Notes under the pieces: generated by a model
Told to the model about the DNA's origin: nothing
The model's database searches: none
Seen by the model: only the letters and a program-made list of their open reading frames with translations
DNA from: a virus
Lineage: Duplodnaviria; Caudoviricetes
Strand: one strand, 5' to 3'
Length of the DNA stretch: 45,466 bases
Virus record (IMG/VR): IMGVR_UViG_3300024998_000191
Span: 1 to 45,466 of that record
Made by a program: the position numbers and the translations under genes
Shown: positions 9,532-19,064 of the stretch, in pieces
How the letters are laid out: each line of letters starts with the position of its first letter
Position numbering within the stretch: position 1 is the first letter of the stretch

Positions 9532-10124
9532 TTGACCGAGGTGAAGGCGACGCTCTGGGCGTTCCACATCATCTTAAGGAAATTGTTGAACGAAAGCCGG
9601 TCCTCGTTGAACCGGCACGGGAAGTAGAACGAGAAATCTGCGGAGACGACCGCCCCGCTATCGGGCGCGGTATCGAAGGTGACGACTCCGGGAGAGGACG
9701 ATCCCCATGGAGAAACTGTCCATCCATCCGCTTGGTCAACGCCGTCGAGATAGATGTGATTGACGACGTTGGGGGCGAGGATCGGTTCGATGAATCCGCC
9801 GAATTCCCGGACCAGTTGGAAGGCGGTTGTTGTTCCGTCCCCCGTGCCGATCTGGTGCGATGCGGCGTTGTCCTCTGCATCCTGATAAAGGAACGTGTCG
9901 AAGCGGCCCTGCCTCGAATTGAAGAAGCCTGCAAGATCCTGAAATTCGTTCAGATCGCTGCGGAGCACGTCGTATGTCAGTTCCCACTGCCATTTCGGAT
10001 ATGACCAGTATCCGATCGCCGTGTCCTTCCCTGAGACCGAGGTCTGGATGTTGTTCGACCATATGGGCGTGCGGACGACGTCGAAGCCGAGTCCGACAAG
10101 GGAGGGGAGAACGGCTGTGGACAT
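9528..10124 (-). CDS. DUF2460-family distal tail protein
   Basis: FFNSRQGRFDTF, IGTGDG.TTAFQL and F.FPCRF motifs. Confidence 0.85.
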   Translation of the reverse strand: MSTAVLPSLVGLGFDVVRTPIWSNNIQTSVSGKDTAIGYWSYPKWQWELTYDVLRSDLNEFQDLAGFFNSRQGRFDTFLYQDAEDNAASHQIGTGDGTTTAFQLVREFGGFIEPILAPNVVNHIYLDGVDQADGWTVSPWGSSSPGVVTFDTAPDSGAVVSADFSFYFPCRFNEDRLSFNNFLKMMWNAQSVAFTSVK

Positions 10125-12634
10125 TACCTTCCGAGGCTCCGGTTCCCGTCACGGTGCGCGCTGGCGACAGCCGCAGCGAGAGTGTGTTTGTTGTTCTTGA
10201 TCCAGCGTCCGACAGACGGTCCGTCCCATGCCTGAAGATGGACGTGCACATCACCGGACGAACTGCCAAAGCCGCCGTTTTCCCGAAATCCTTCCGCGAA
10301 GGTCTTCGGCATGATTGTCTCGCCCTGGTGGACCATCGCCAGCGTGTCCGAGGGCAAATCCCATGCGCCGACCGCGAAGCCGGGTACGGCGGCCTGAAAG
10401 GCCATCGTAGAGGCGTAGGCAGCCGATGCAGCGGCGGGGGCAAGCTCCGGGCCGATGATCGGTATGGCGGCGGTTGAGGCGAAGGCGGCGGACCCGGCGA
10501 CCGCAGCGTTGGCGCCGATCTCCGTTCTTGCGCTTGTCGCCGCCGCCTGCGTCCCGACGATCTGGGATACCAGCCACTTTGCGGCCATGTCCTCGAACAC
10601 GCCGAAGACCGCCTGGCCGAGGCCGAGGAATATGTTCCCCACGGCCTGACCGAAGGTCTGCGTCCCCTGGATCATCCCCATCACTGAGGAATTGAAGGAG
10701 CTTTTCAGGCCGCTGAAGAATCCCGTCCACTTCTGCTGTTGTTGGGTGATCGACTGCGCCTCGATCTGGCGCATCTCCATCTCGTGCTTGCGCTGAAGGA
10801 CGAGAATCTGGCTTTGGATCTTCTGGTATTCCTTCGATCCCTGTTGCCAGAGCCGTTCCTTCTGCTGCAGGGCCTGAAGCTCAACCAGATACTCCTGCTG
10901 CTTCAGCTTCTGGAGATCCTGCATTTCCTGCGTGGCGCTGATCTGTCCAAGCTGGCGCTTGAGCTGAATGCTCTGCTCCTGAATGGCGTAATCCTGCTGT
11001 GCGACTTGCTGCGCGCCATCCAGATCGGACAACCGCGCCTGTCGCTGCGCTTCGGTGGCCGCGCGCTGCTCTGCCCGGAGCTTGTTGGTCGTCTCCCGGT
11101 AGAGAGCGCCTTTCTCGCCCTCTGTCCGGCGGACAAGATCGACCTCCTGCTGGGCGATACGGACGCGCTCGGCGCTGCCGGTCTGGTAGGCGTCCATCTC
11201 CTGGTCGATGGTCTGAAGCTGGCTGCGCAGTCCTTCGTCGGCGGCGCGGCGCTTGACGGCGGCAATCTTCTCCTCGATCGCGGCGACGTTCTGGGTCTGC
11301 TCCGCCGCCCTGCCTGTGTCACCGAGGGCGTTCGCGGCAGACAAGGCCCTTTGCGCCTGCGCCAGCTTGTCCTGCCACTGGGACAGTTCGGAGCTGTCCA
11401 CCTTCAGCTGGCGGGTGAGCTGGTCCCCGTGCGCGAGTTGGACATTCAGGTCCTTCAGCGCATCTATGGCGGCGCGGGATACGTAGGTGCCTTCTTGGCT
11501 GGTGCCTGCCTGAAGCTCTTTCGAGATGTCGCTGACAGCCTTGGCTTGCTGGTACAGGTCCCCGCCGCCTCCCATCGACGCTTTGAAGCGGTCCATGAAC
11601 GGAAGGGACACCATGACGCTCTCGGCGTCATTGAATTCACGGATCGCGTCTGTCGCCTTGTGTATGGCGTTCGGAAGTTGCCCTTCGAGCATGGCGATGA
11701 CGCCCTGCATCGCTTTCGCCAGAAAGCCCATCCCCTCGTCGGCGAGGTCCTTCGTAGCCTTCTCCAGATAGCCGAGTTCCTGGCTGGTCGCACCGGCGGT
11801 ATCGCCGACCTGCAGCATGTGCTCGATCGTCCTGAGCGTGTCAGGATCGTTCCGCTCCATCTGCTCGCGGAGCATCTCCAAGGCACGGGCGGGATCGCTG
11901 AAGGCCGTTGCCTCAAGCTTCGCGGCAGCCTCGACGCTGTGCAGCGATGCGGCAAGATCGGGCAGAAGGCGGTTCGCGCGCTCCAGATCGCCGTTGTGGA
12001 GACTGACGATGCCGTGCAGCTCGGCAACCGCGGCATGGGCTTCCTTGGCCGAGTATCCATATTCCTTCAGGTGTTCGACCGACTGCTCGATCTCCTTCGG
12101 ATCGAACAGGTAGGCGTTTCCGGTCCCTTCCATCGTCACCCGGAGGTCGCGCATGTAGGCGGCGGCTTCGGCTGACCTGATCGCCACCACGCCGACGACG
12201 GCCGCAAGTGCTGTGAGGGCTGCTATCGGTGGATTGCTCAGTGCCGTGAACATCGTCCCGAACAGGGAGTGGAGCGTCTTGCTCTGCTCCGCCAGAACCA
12301 TGAACGATCCCGGCATTCGGGAGAAATTGCCGGTGATGGCTTCGTGGGCGAGGACGATCAGTTCGCGGCGCGCGCCTACCGTGGCGTGCTGCACCGCCCC
12401 CATAGACTGATTGACCTGCTGTAGGGCCTTCGCCCCGTCGGCGGAAACAGCCCGGACTTCCGAAAGGGACGATCCGAGGGTGACAAGTTCCTTGCCGCTC
12501 GATTTCGCTGTATCCGCGGCGTTGGAAACCGCGTCAGAGACAGCTTGAACGGAGGCCTGCGTATCCTTCGACGCCTTGGCGACACTCCCGTCAGTGACGG
12601 CGCCGAACCTTACCTCGACGTTGTTGTCACTCAC
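10124..12634 (-). CDS. Tail tape measure protein
   Basis: 836 aa, Ala/Gln-rich helical; C-terminal FAVGAW...AMVHQGETIMP; follows the chaperone. Confidence 0.9.
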   Translation of the reverse strand: MSDNNVEVRFGAVTDGSVAKASKDTQASVQAVSDAVSNAADTAKSSGKELVTLGSSLSEVRAVSADGAKALQQVNQSMGAVQHATVGARRELIVLAHEAITGNFSRMPGSFMVLAEQSKTLHSLFGTMFTALSNPPIAALTALAAVVGVVAIRSAEAAAYMRDLRVTMEGTGNAYLFDPKEIEQSVEHLKEYGYSAKEAHAAVAELHGIVSLHNGDLERANRLLPDLAASLHSVEAAAKLEATAFSDPARALEMLREQMERNDPDTLRTIEHMLQVGDTAGATSQELGYLEKATKDLADEGMGFLAKAMQGVIAMLEGQLPNAIHKATDAIREFNDAESVMVSLPFMDRFKASMGGGGDLYQQAKAVSDISKELQAGTSQEGTYVSRAAIDALKDLNVQLAHGDQLTRQLKVDSSELSQWQDKLAQAQRALSAANALGDTGRAAEQTQNVAAIEEKIAAVKRRAADEGLRSQLQTIDQEMDAYQTGSAERVRIAQQEVDLVRRTEGEKGALYRETTNKLRAEQRAATEAQRQARLSDLDGAQQVAQQDYAIQEQSIQLKRQLGQISATQEMQDLQKLKQQEYLVELQALQQKERLWQQGSKEYQKIQSQILVLQRKHEMEMRQIEAQSITQQQQKWTGFFSGLKSSFNSSVMGMIQGTQTFGQAVGNIFLGLGQAVFGVFEDMAAKWLVSQIVGTQAAATSARTEIGANAAVAGSAAFASTAAIPIIGPELAPAAASAAYASTMAFQAAVPGFAVGAWDLPSDTLAMVHQGETIMPKTFAEGFRENGGFGSSSGDVHVHLQAWDGPSVGRWIKNNKHTLAAAVASAHRDGNRSLGR

Positions 12635-12638
12635 GGGG

Positions 12639-12884
12639 TTATCCTATCTGCGGCAGGTTTTCGACGCCTGACCGCTGCTTGGTCTTCGGTTTGATGCCTG
12701 CTTTCGCGGCGGCGATGATGTGCGGCGGTGGATGGATCTCCCAGTAGCGGTAGAGAGATTCAAGCCGCGCCATGGTGATGTGGTCTTCGACATAATCGAT
12801 CGTCCAGCCTGTCGACTGGCAGACATGGATTATGATGTGGTCCCAATCGACGGGTTGCCCGTCGCCGCCGCCTCGGGCTTTTTT
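12639..12884 (-). CDS. -1 frameshift extension of the tail chaperone (gpGT-like C-terminus ARGGGDGQPVDWDHIIIHVCQSTGWTIDYV...LPQIG)
   Basis: The -1 frame from A AAA AAG (12884-12878) is open for 82 codons to TAA at 12639-12641, just before the tape measure start. Confidence 0.8.
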   Translation of the reverse strand, partial: KKARGGGDGQPVDWDHIIIHVCQSTGWTIDYVEDHITMARLESLYRYWEIHPPPHIIAAAKAGIKPKTKQRSGVENLPQIG

Positions 12885-13162
12885 TCGACCATCCCCGCCT
12901 GCTTCGCGATCACTGCATAAGCAGAAACAAGGTCGTCAACGGTGATGTGCAGATCCTCGAAGGCCGGCCGGCTCATCGGTGTTGCCTTGAAGATGGCGGT
13001 GTAAGCCATCGTCGTGAGGTCGCTGATGTCCGCCTCAAGCAGAGCATCGACCTTCATGGATGTGAGGCGCTGCGCCGCCGGGACAACGATCTTGATTTGC
13101 CCCAAGGTAAGGGGGGGCACAGGATAGTCCTTGCCCCCCAAAGTGATTGTCACGGTATCCAT
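12830..13162 (-). CDS. Tail assembly chaperone (gpG-like)
   Basis: Between tail tube and tape measure; contains slippery A AAA AAG near its 3' end. Confidence 0.8.
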   Translation of the reverse strand: MDTVTITLGGKDYPVPPLTLGQIKIVVPAAQRLTSMKVDALLEADISDLTTMAYTAIFKATPMSRPAFEDLHITVDDLVSAYAVIAKQAGMVEKKPEAAATGNPSIGTTS

Positions 13163-13917
13163 TACGTGCCGATGCCCATTGTGAAGATGCGGTCGAGGTT
13201 GTCAGCGAAGCAGCTGAAATCGAACTCCGACAAAGCGAAGTCGGTGTTCTTGAACGGGAATGTCAGCTTGCTCGAAATGCAGCGGTGCAGGCGCATCGTG
13301 GTGTTGGTGCGCGCGCCGAAGTCGTTGAAGCCCTCCTGAAGGAACAGCTCGAACACCGGCTGGTCGCCCATCAGGGCGTTGGTCAGGGTGATCTGCTGGC
13401 CCGTGGTCGCCTTGTAGGTGTAGGAGATCAGAACAGAGGCGTCGGCGTCGGCGGAGGCAAAGGTGTAGGTTCCTGTGTCGGTGTCGATGCTGTATTTCCC
13501 CGACGCTTCAGAACCGGCATCAACCTGGGTCAGTTGAACGCCCGTGCTGGCGTAGTAAACGCCCATGTCCGAGACGAATCCGGTGTGGTTGGTGACCTGT
13601 ATGTCGTAGGACGTCGAAGACGGGACCGCACCGGCCTCAAGCTCCACCAGTTTCTCATATCCCGTGGTGTCGATCGTCCCCTGTTGATAGACGCTGTTGA
13701 TCAGATTCAGGTCGATCTGTCCGGTCTTGGCTTTACCTTCGACCTTGCCCTTCCCGCGGCCGATGGCGACCGGGTACTGGTTCTGGCCGTAGAGCATCGC
13801 GGTATCCGAGGACACGTCGATCTCGATGTCCTGCAGGGTTCCGACCTTTACGGGTGTCTTGCCATCGACAAGGGCGATGACCGACCCCGCGCCGAAGGCG
13901 TAGGTTTTCGTCGTCAT
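13162..13917 (-). CDS. Major tail tube protein
   Basis: Position, 251 aa, GTLQDIEID...YPVAIGRGKGK motif, RBS GGAG. Confidence 0.8.
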   Translation of the reverse strand: MTTKTYAFGAGSVIALVDGKTPVKVGTLQDIEIDVSSDTAMLYGQNQYPVAIGRGKGKVEGKAKTGQIDLNLINSVYQQGTIDTTGYEKLVELEAGAVPSSTSYDIQVTNHTGFVSDMGVYYASTGVQLTQVDAGSEASGKYSIDTDTGTYTFASADADASVLISYTYKATTGQQITLTNALMGDQPVFELFLQEGFNDFGARTNTTMRLHRCISSKLTFPFKNTDFALSEFDFSCFADNLDRIFTMGIGT

Positions 13918-13932
13918 GTGGTCTCCATGGGG

Positions 13933-14361
13933 TTAGGGGATAAGGATTTTCAGGGGAATGCGTGCCAGGCCGATGCCGTCGAGATCGCCGGGCGTTTTCT
14001 CGATCTGACCTTCGATCCAGCAATGTGAGACGAGGCCGCCCAGTGTCTGGACACGCGGGTGCGGCGGAGGGTCTGGTGAAAGGGCGTCGTCGATCTTGTC
14101 CAGCAATCCGTTCAGGACAGTGACGGGAACGGTGTTCTGGTCGACGCCGTCGCAGATGTAGACCCACAGCTCGACGTCGAAGGTGGTCTTGCTCGGCAGG
14201 CGCTCGGTCTGGGCGTAAGCCTCGGAAGGCTCGATGATGAAGAGGGCAGGCATTTCGGCATGCGGCACATCTCCGAACATCCGCAGCCTGCGCGAGACGG
14301 TCTTGAATTCGGGCATGGAAAGCTTTGCTTTCAGGGCTTCCATGATCGGCTCGCGGTTCAT
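13933..14361 (-). CDS. Tail terminator / completion protein
   Basis: MNREPIM..L, PALFI and QTLGGLV..CWI motifs; position before the tube gene. Confidence 0.7.
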   Translation of the reverse strand: MNREPIMEALKAKLSMPEFKTVSRRLRMFGDVPHAEMPALFIIEPSEAYAQTERLPSKTTFDVELWVYICDGVDQNTVPVTVLNGLLDKIDDALSPDPPPHPRVQTLGGLVSHCWIEGQIEKTPGDLDGIGLARIPLKILIP

Positions 14362-14837
14362 TTCAGCCCGTCCGTGACCGCCTGGTTCATCCGCTCGATG
14401 ATCTTGTCTTTCATCTCGGCGAGAGATGGCCGCATGAACGGGCGGGCGGGGATGTTGCTGCCAGGGTGATTCACCCTGCTTGCGAAGACGGTCTTTCCAC
14501 CGGATTGGAAGGCAAGCGCCTGAGCGTTCTTCGGGACGATGACGTGCGGGGACGTTTTCCCACCGAACTCGTGGATCGCCCCGTACTTGACGTTCTTGCT
14601 GGAGTAGACCCGCCCGACGACGGAATCGTCTGTCGAGGTCACGTCGTGGCTGATGCTGTCCCGCAGGTTCCCGGTTCTGACCTTCAGGACCTGACCACTC
14701 AGCTTGCGCTTCACGCGCGCTTCGAGCTGCAGGACCAGAGAGGTCGTCGCTTTGGTCAGATTCGCCTTCACCTTGTCCGGCATCGCCTCCAGCTTGGCGA
14801 TCAGCTGGCGGTCGCCTGTGATGTCGACGGTTATCAT
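14358..14837 (-). CDS. HK97 gp10-like neck/tail completion protein
   Basis: RTGNLRDSI, KYGAIHEFGG and IPARPFMRPSL motifs; start at MITVDITG. Confidence 0.8.
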   Translation of the reverse strand: MITVDITGDRQLIAKLEAMPDKVKANLTKATTSLVLQLEARVKRKLSGQVLKVRTGNLRDSISHDVTSTDDSVVGRVYSSKNVKYGAIHEFGGKTSPHVIVPKNAQALAFQSGGKTVFASRVNHPGSNIPARPFMRPSLAEMKDKIIERMNQAVTDGLK

Positions 14838-14971
14838 TTGCGAAGAGTCGGCCCCTGTCCGGGCTTGAACGTCTCGACCTTCTTCCTGCGGGTGCGGGGG
14901 AACGTCGGGGCGTGGGCCAGCCCGACGATGTAGCCGAGCAGGAGCATCGACAGGCAGATGAAGAATGTCAT
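14834..14971 (-). CDS. Small membrane protein (45 aa, MTFFICLSMLLLGYIVGLAHAPTFPRTRRKK...), not in ORF track
   Basis: ATGA overlaps at both ends; hydrophobic N-terminus and basic tail. Confidence 0.55.
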   Translation of the reverse strand: MTFFICLSMLLLGYIVGLAHAPTFPRTRRKKVETFKPGQGPTLRK

Positions 14972-15714
14972 AGCGGGACCATTCGCTTGAAATTGGCCAG
15001 CCCATCACGGACGAAGTCCGGCATGGATTTCAGGCTGTATGAGACGGTTTCCTGACCGGCGAGGCTCTTGGATGCGTGCCCGATCCGGTCTTTGTACCGG
15101 TAGCGTTCGCCGACCAGCTCGATACAGGCCTCTTCGAGGACCGAGGGGACGTAGCTGTAGGAGATCAGAACTTCCGTTCCCGTGTTCCCGAAGGCATAGA
15201 CGCCATCGGCAACGCTGTACTGACCGGCTGATGGGTTGGCAGCGACGTTCGTCAGCGCGATGCCGTTTGCGGTAACGCCTCCGTCGGCAGCCCATGAACC
15301 ATAGGGAGCGTCGACAGCGACGGAAGTGTCAGAGGTATGAGCTTCATCCGCGACGAAGAATCCTGCGTCATAGACGACGGTGCATTGCCCTTCGAACCGG
15401 TATCCGATGAGAGTGAGCAGGGCAGGTTTTCCGGGTGGAGAATCGTCGGTGTCGAATGACCAGGCGGTAGAGGGGATTGCGGCCCCGCCGACAGTTACGC
15501 TTGAAACCTTGATGACTGGGTAGTTCCTCAGCATCCGGGTCGACTTACAGTTGCCAGAGAACGTCTCGGTATACGTCTTCTTCAGGATGTAAGGTCGGTT
15601 GATCTGAGAGAGGATCCACTGACTGACCTGCCCGATAAGGCGCGTGAGCATGGCGTCGTCAGTGTCGGATGAGACACCCAGCCAGGTCTTTGCTTTATCG
15701 AGCGAGGTCAGCAT
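14968..15714 (-). CDS. Head-tail adaptor (gp6/gp15-like) with inserted beta domain
   Basis: MLTSLDKAKTWLGV..D.DDAMLTRLI N-terminus; VP..LEEACIELV C-terminal motif. Confidence 0.75.
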   Translation of the reverse strand: MLTSLDKAKTWLGVSSDTDDAMLTRLIGQVSQWILSQINRPYILKKTYTETFSGNCKSTRMLRNYPVIKVSSVTVGGAAIPSTAWSFDTDDSPPGKPALLTLIGYRFEGQCTVVYDAGFFVADEAHTSDTSVAVDAPYGSWAADGGVTANGIALTNVAANPSAGQYSVADGVYAFGNTGTEVLISYSYVPSVLEEACIELVGERYRYKDRIGHASKSLAGQETVSYSLKSMPDFVRDGLANFKRMVPL

Positions 15715-15719
15715 CAGCG

Positions 15720-15920
15720 TTATGAGGAAGGTGGAGAGCTGACTTTTCTCGCCATGTCGACTGACCAATCAAAGTAAACGGTGGCTCGTTTGATTGTTTG
15801 CTCAGCCGATAAACCATGCTCAATGGCGTATGCGCTGGCCAGTCGTAACGGTTCGAACATCAGGTCTAATGATCCTGAGTCAAGATTAATTGGTCTATTG
15901 TCGGATTTTTCATCGGTCAT
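15720..15920 (-). CDS. Hypothetical protein, AT-richer than neighbours
   Basis: ORF with RBS GAAGGA downstream of the post-capsid hairpin. Confidence 0.45.
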   Translation of the reverse strand: MTDEKSDNRPINLDSGSLDLMFEPLRLASAYAIEHGLSAEQTIKRATVYFDWSVDMARKVSSPPSS

Positions 15921-15940
15921 ATTGGGCATTCCTTCAAGGT

Positions 15941-15968
15941 GAAAGAGGGCGGGATTACCCCCGCCCTC
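15941..15968 (-). terminator. Hairpin/terminator after the capsid gene
   Basis: GAGGGCGGG-ggtaat-CCCGCCCTC followed by TTTC. Confidence 0.6.
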
Positions 15969-15974
15969 CAATGG

Positions 15975-17516
15975 TTAGACCGCGATGTTGGTGATGACGC
16001 CCATCGCCCACGGGGCGTACACGGCCAGACATTCGTCTGTGTACACGCCGTATTCCGTGGCGAGGGTGCGCTTCGGCCAGTCGGTCGAGAAGTAATCCCG
16101 GCGGCACAGAACCTCGGCGACCGCAGGGGTCTCGTTGTTCTTGTACCATGCCGGCAGTTCCGTCGCCCAACCAGTGATGACGCCATCCGGCAGGTTGGGG
16201 TGGATGTTGATCGTGGCCTTCCCGCCGCCGTAGGGATTCCCGACGGGGCTGAAGTAGGCCGCGACGCGACCGCCACCGGAGATCTCCATGTCGCCGCTGT
16301 TCGCGTCTTTGTTGAAGCGCAGAAGCGGAGCGGAGGCGTTGGTGAGGATCTTCTTGTACACGGCGTTCGCTGTGCGGGAGCTCATGTACAACTCGGTGAC
16401 GCCGACCTTGTAGGTATCCCACATGGTCAGCATCATCTCGTTGATTTCCTCGATCCCGCCCGCGTTGTCAGCGGTCAGCGAAGTTCCGGTCCCGGCGGTG
16501 CCGGTCGCGAGGGCCTTGTAGTAGGCTCCGCTTCCGGACTTCAGTGCGGACATCATCAGACCGTCGAAGGCAGCGACCTGGTTGGAGCCAGATCCCGTAC
16601 CGTCGTTGTAGCTGTGGTCGCCGGTGATGGCGTCCGCGGTCTGACGGCCGGTGAGGGTGACGGTATCCAGCAGGACGCTGTTGATGGTCGTGATCTTCTG
16701 AAGATACAGCGACGCAGCAGCGTTCGTCGTACCGACATACCAGGCGTAGCCAACGGCACCACGGATAGCCGGGGTCGTCGCAGTCAGGGCGTTGCCCGTC
16801 GTGACGGCCTGGGTGGCGATCGCGGATTTGTTGGAGCTGCCCCCGTTCACGGTATAGGTCTTGCCGTCCGCAGCCGTGACCGTTGTGGCGTTGACCACGC
16901 CGTTGGTCACGCTTGCAGCCGCGAAGCCTTCAGCCGTCAGAGCAACCACCGCCACGTAGTAGGTCGTGTTCAGTGCTGCGCTTGCCAGTGCGACGGTTCC
17001 GGTCGTCGGCGTCGTCGGCGTACCAAGCTGGGTGCTGCGGTTACCGAAGAGCAGAGCGGGCTCTTCCTTCAGCATGAGCTTTTCCAGGGTCAGCAGGCGA
17101 TCAAGCGCCAGCATGTCTTCGAGGCCTTGTCCGGCGAGTTCAGCCTGCAGCGTGATGCTGCCTTCTTCACCGAGCGTGGTGTAGGTCGCGAAGGCGTCCT
17201 GAACGCTGATGCTTTTCACACCGGAGCGAGTGCCTTCCGGCAGATAACCCATGCCGTCGATGCCGGAACCGAGAAGGCCGTTGATGACCTTCCAGTTGCA
17301 CGCCTTGCCAGGGTTGGGGCGGGAGCGGCGTGCCAGCTTCTCGCGGATCGGCGTCAGAACCGGGACGTGAAGAAGGGCAGGCGCACGCAGGTCGTACCAG
17401 ACAGCACCGGTGGACGTGGTGATGCCGGCCTTGGCCAGTGATCCCATGTCCTGGGCTTTGCTGAGCGCATTGCGCATCGCGACGACGACTGGGTCCGTCG
17501 AAAGTTCATAGTCCAT
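15975..17516 (-). CDS. Major capsid protein
   Basis: Follows protease/scaffold; YDLRAPA..P..TPIR, IHPNLPDG and YGVY.DE.LAVYAPWAMGVITNI motifs. Confidence 0.8.
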   Translation of the reverse strand: MDYELSTDPVVVAMRNALSKAQDMGSLAKAGITTSTGAVWYDLRAPALLHVPVLTPIREKLARRSRPNPGKACNWKVINGLLGSGIDGMGYLPEGTRSGVKSISVQDAFATYTTLGEEGSITLQAELAGQGLEDMLALDRLLTLEKLMLKEEPALLFGNRSTQLGTPTTPTTGTVALASAALNTTYYVAVVALTAEGFAAASVTNGVVNATTVTAADGKTYTVNGGSSNKSAIATQAVTTGNALTATTPAIRGAVGYAWYVGTTNAAASLYLQKITTINSVLLDTVTLTGRQTADAITGDHSYNDGTGSGSNQVAAFDGLMMSALKSGSGAYYKALATGTAGTGTSLTADNAGGIEEINEMMLTMWDTYKVGVTELYMSSRTANAVYKKILTNASAPLLRFNKDANSGDMEISGGGRVAAYFSPVGNPYGGGKATINIHPNLPDGVITGWATELPAWYKNNETPAVAEVLCRRDYFSTDWPKRTLATEYGVYTDECLAVYAPWAMGVITNIAV

Positions 17517-17549
17517 AATATTCTCCGTTAGCTTAAATGGGGGATCGGC

Positions 17550-19046
17550 TTACTTGCCGTGTTCGATGGATTTCCGAGCAAGAGCGCGTGCCCGTTCCGG
17601 CGGCAGGTGCTCGTACTTCGACATGTCGACCTCGACGGGAGCATCGGCGCCGGACGCCTTCTCCTCGTGGCCTTTGAAGACGACGGTTGGATACCTGATG
17701 CCCTTGGCCGGAGCCGGTTGGGCCTCAAGGTGCTCGATCCGCTTGTTCAGGGCCTCCATGGTCTCTGTGACCTTGGCGACCGCTTTGGTCATCGCCTCTT
17801 TCTCGGCGTTGGCCTGTTCAAGCTTTTCGAGTGTCTGGGTGTGTTCGGACTGGAGCTTCTCCAGGTCAGTTTCAGCAGAGACGAAGTCCTTCAGGAGATC
17901 ATCCTTGCCCGTGACCTTGCGGAGCGCGTCGACCTGGCCTTGGGTGAGGCCGTCGGCCTTGTCCGCGGTGAGTTCCGAGGTCTCCTCGTCGACAAGGCGC
18001 TTCAGGAAGTCGCACAGGCTACCGAGGATGGTCTGGAGATCGGCGGGCAGTGAGGATCCATCTGCCTCGTAAACCGCTTCCCACTGGATGCTTTCCTGCA
18101 GCCAGACAAGATCGTCGATGACGCAGGCCAGCCGGGCGATGTCGTAGATGCCTTTCGTCAGGCTTGCTTTGACCGTGCCGATGGCTTTGGTCAGGGCCGC
18201 AGCCTTCTCCTCAGGTGTCAGCGCCTTCTGCGCGGGCTCATCCTGTGCAGGGTCGGTTGCTGTTTCGTCGGACTTTGCGGTATCGCCCTCTTCCGTCTCG
18301 CCGGCGGGCTCATCGGTCTTCTGTTCAGATTCTCCCTCATCGGCCTTGGCCGCTTCAGGTTGCTCCTTCGCGGCGAGCCTTTCCTCAGCGCTCTGCAGTG
18401 CTTTGGTCAGCGGCGCCATGGCCTCTTTGACCGCGAGTTCGACGTTGTGGCTCACAGCGTCGGCCTTCTTGGTGAAGGTCTGGCCGTCTTTCGCTTTCCA
18501 GACTTGTTCAAGGGATACGCCGACTTCCTCGGCGTCCTTCACGACCTGGAATTTGCGGAGTTCGTGCGATCCGTCGGCTTTGATGTAGTCAAACGTCGCA
18601 ACGGGGATGCAGGGTTTGTCGACCAGAGAGACCTCGACCATCTCCGGGATGTAGCGCTTGAGCGCTGCGTTCGACGGGTCCTGCCAGCGCTTGACGTATT
18701 TCCCTCCGATGCTGAAGCCGGTATAGACACCTTCCTCGACCTTCGCCCATTCGGCGTCGTCGACGATTTTCGCGCAGCCCATGATGGCCTTGTTGGCGTC
18801 GTCGAAGGTAATGTCGGTAAGCTTCCCGCATGCGTGGGAGCCGTGCATGACGCGGACATTGCCCTTGCTCTTCCCGTCGGTGACTTTCTCGAACTCAGAA
18901 GACCAGGCCTTGAAGTACGGAACAGAGCCTTCGTAATCGAGGATCTCGTTGGCGTGGTCAGGCACCTCAGCCGCAAGGCATCCGTAGACAAGACGTTTGG
19001 CCGCATCGACCTTTTGGATGGGTACGAAGATGTTCAGATTTTCCAT
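17550..19046 (-). CDS. Prohead protease (XkdF-like) fused to scaffold
   Basis: IQKVD..KRLVYG, VRVMH, YTGFSIGG and EVSLVDKP motifs; acidic coiled-coil C-terminus; RBS AGAGG. Confidence 0.85.
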   Translation of the reverse strand: MENLNIFVPIQKVDAAKRLVYGCLAAEVPDHANEILDYEGSVPYFKAWSSEFEKVTDGKSKGNVRVMHGSHACGKLTDITFDDANKAIMGCAKIVDDAEWAKVEEGVYTGFSIGGKYVKRWQDPSNAALKRYIPEMVEVSLVDKPCIPVATFDYIKADGSHELRKFQVVKDAEEVGVSLEQVWKAKDGQTFTKKADAVSHNVELAVKEAMAPLTKALQSAEERLAAKEQPEAAKADEGESEQKTDEPAGETEEGDTAKSDETATDPAQDEPAQKALTPEEKAAALTKAIGTVKASLTKGIYDIARLACVIDDLVWLQESIQWEAVYEADGSSLPADLQTILGSLCDFLKRLVDEETSELTADKADGLTQGQVDALRKVTGKDDLLKDFVSAETDLEKLQSEHTQTLEKLEQANAEKEAMTKAVAKVTETMEALNKRIEHLEAQPAPAKGIRYPTVVFKGHEEKASGADAPVEVDMSKYEHLPPERARALARKSIEHGK

Positions 19047-19064
19047 GGTGATTCCTCTGGGCAT

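Noticed and set aside
5366-10124. Gene transfer agent cluster
   Set aside because: The tail-tip genes are GTA-like, but the element has its own replication, recombination and lysis modules and a long tape measure.
10739-12175. Long plus-strand ORFs opposite structural genes (also 13147-14028, 15939-17441, 18360-19118)
   Set aside because: Antisense shadows of GC-rich coding genes with no recognisable motifs.
12644-12826. 60-aa ORF listed between chaperone and tape measure
   Set aside because: Wrong frame; the plausible coding frame is the -1 frameshift extension ending at 12639.
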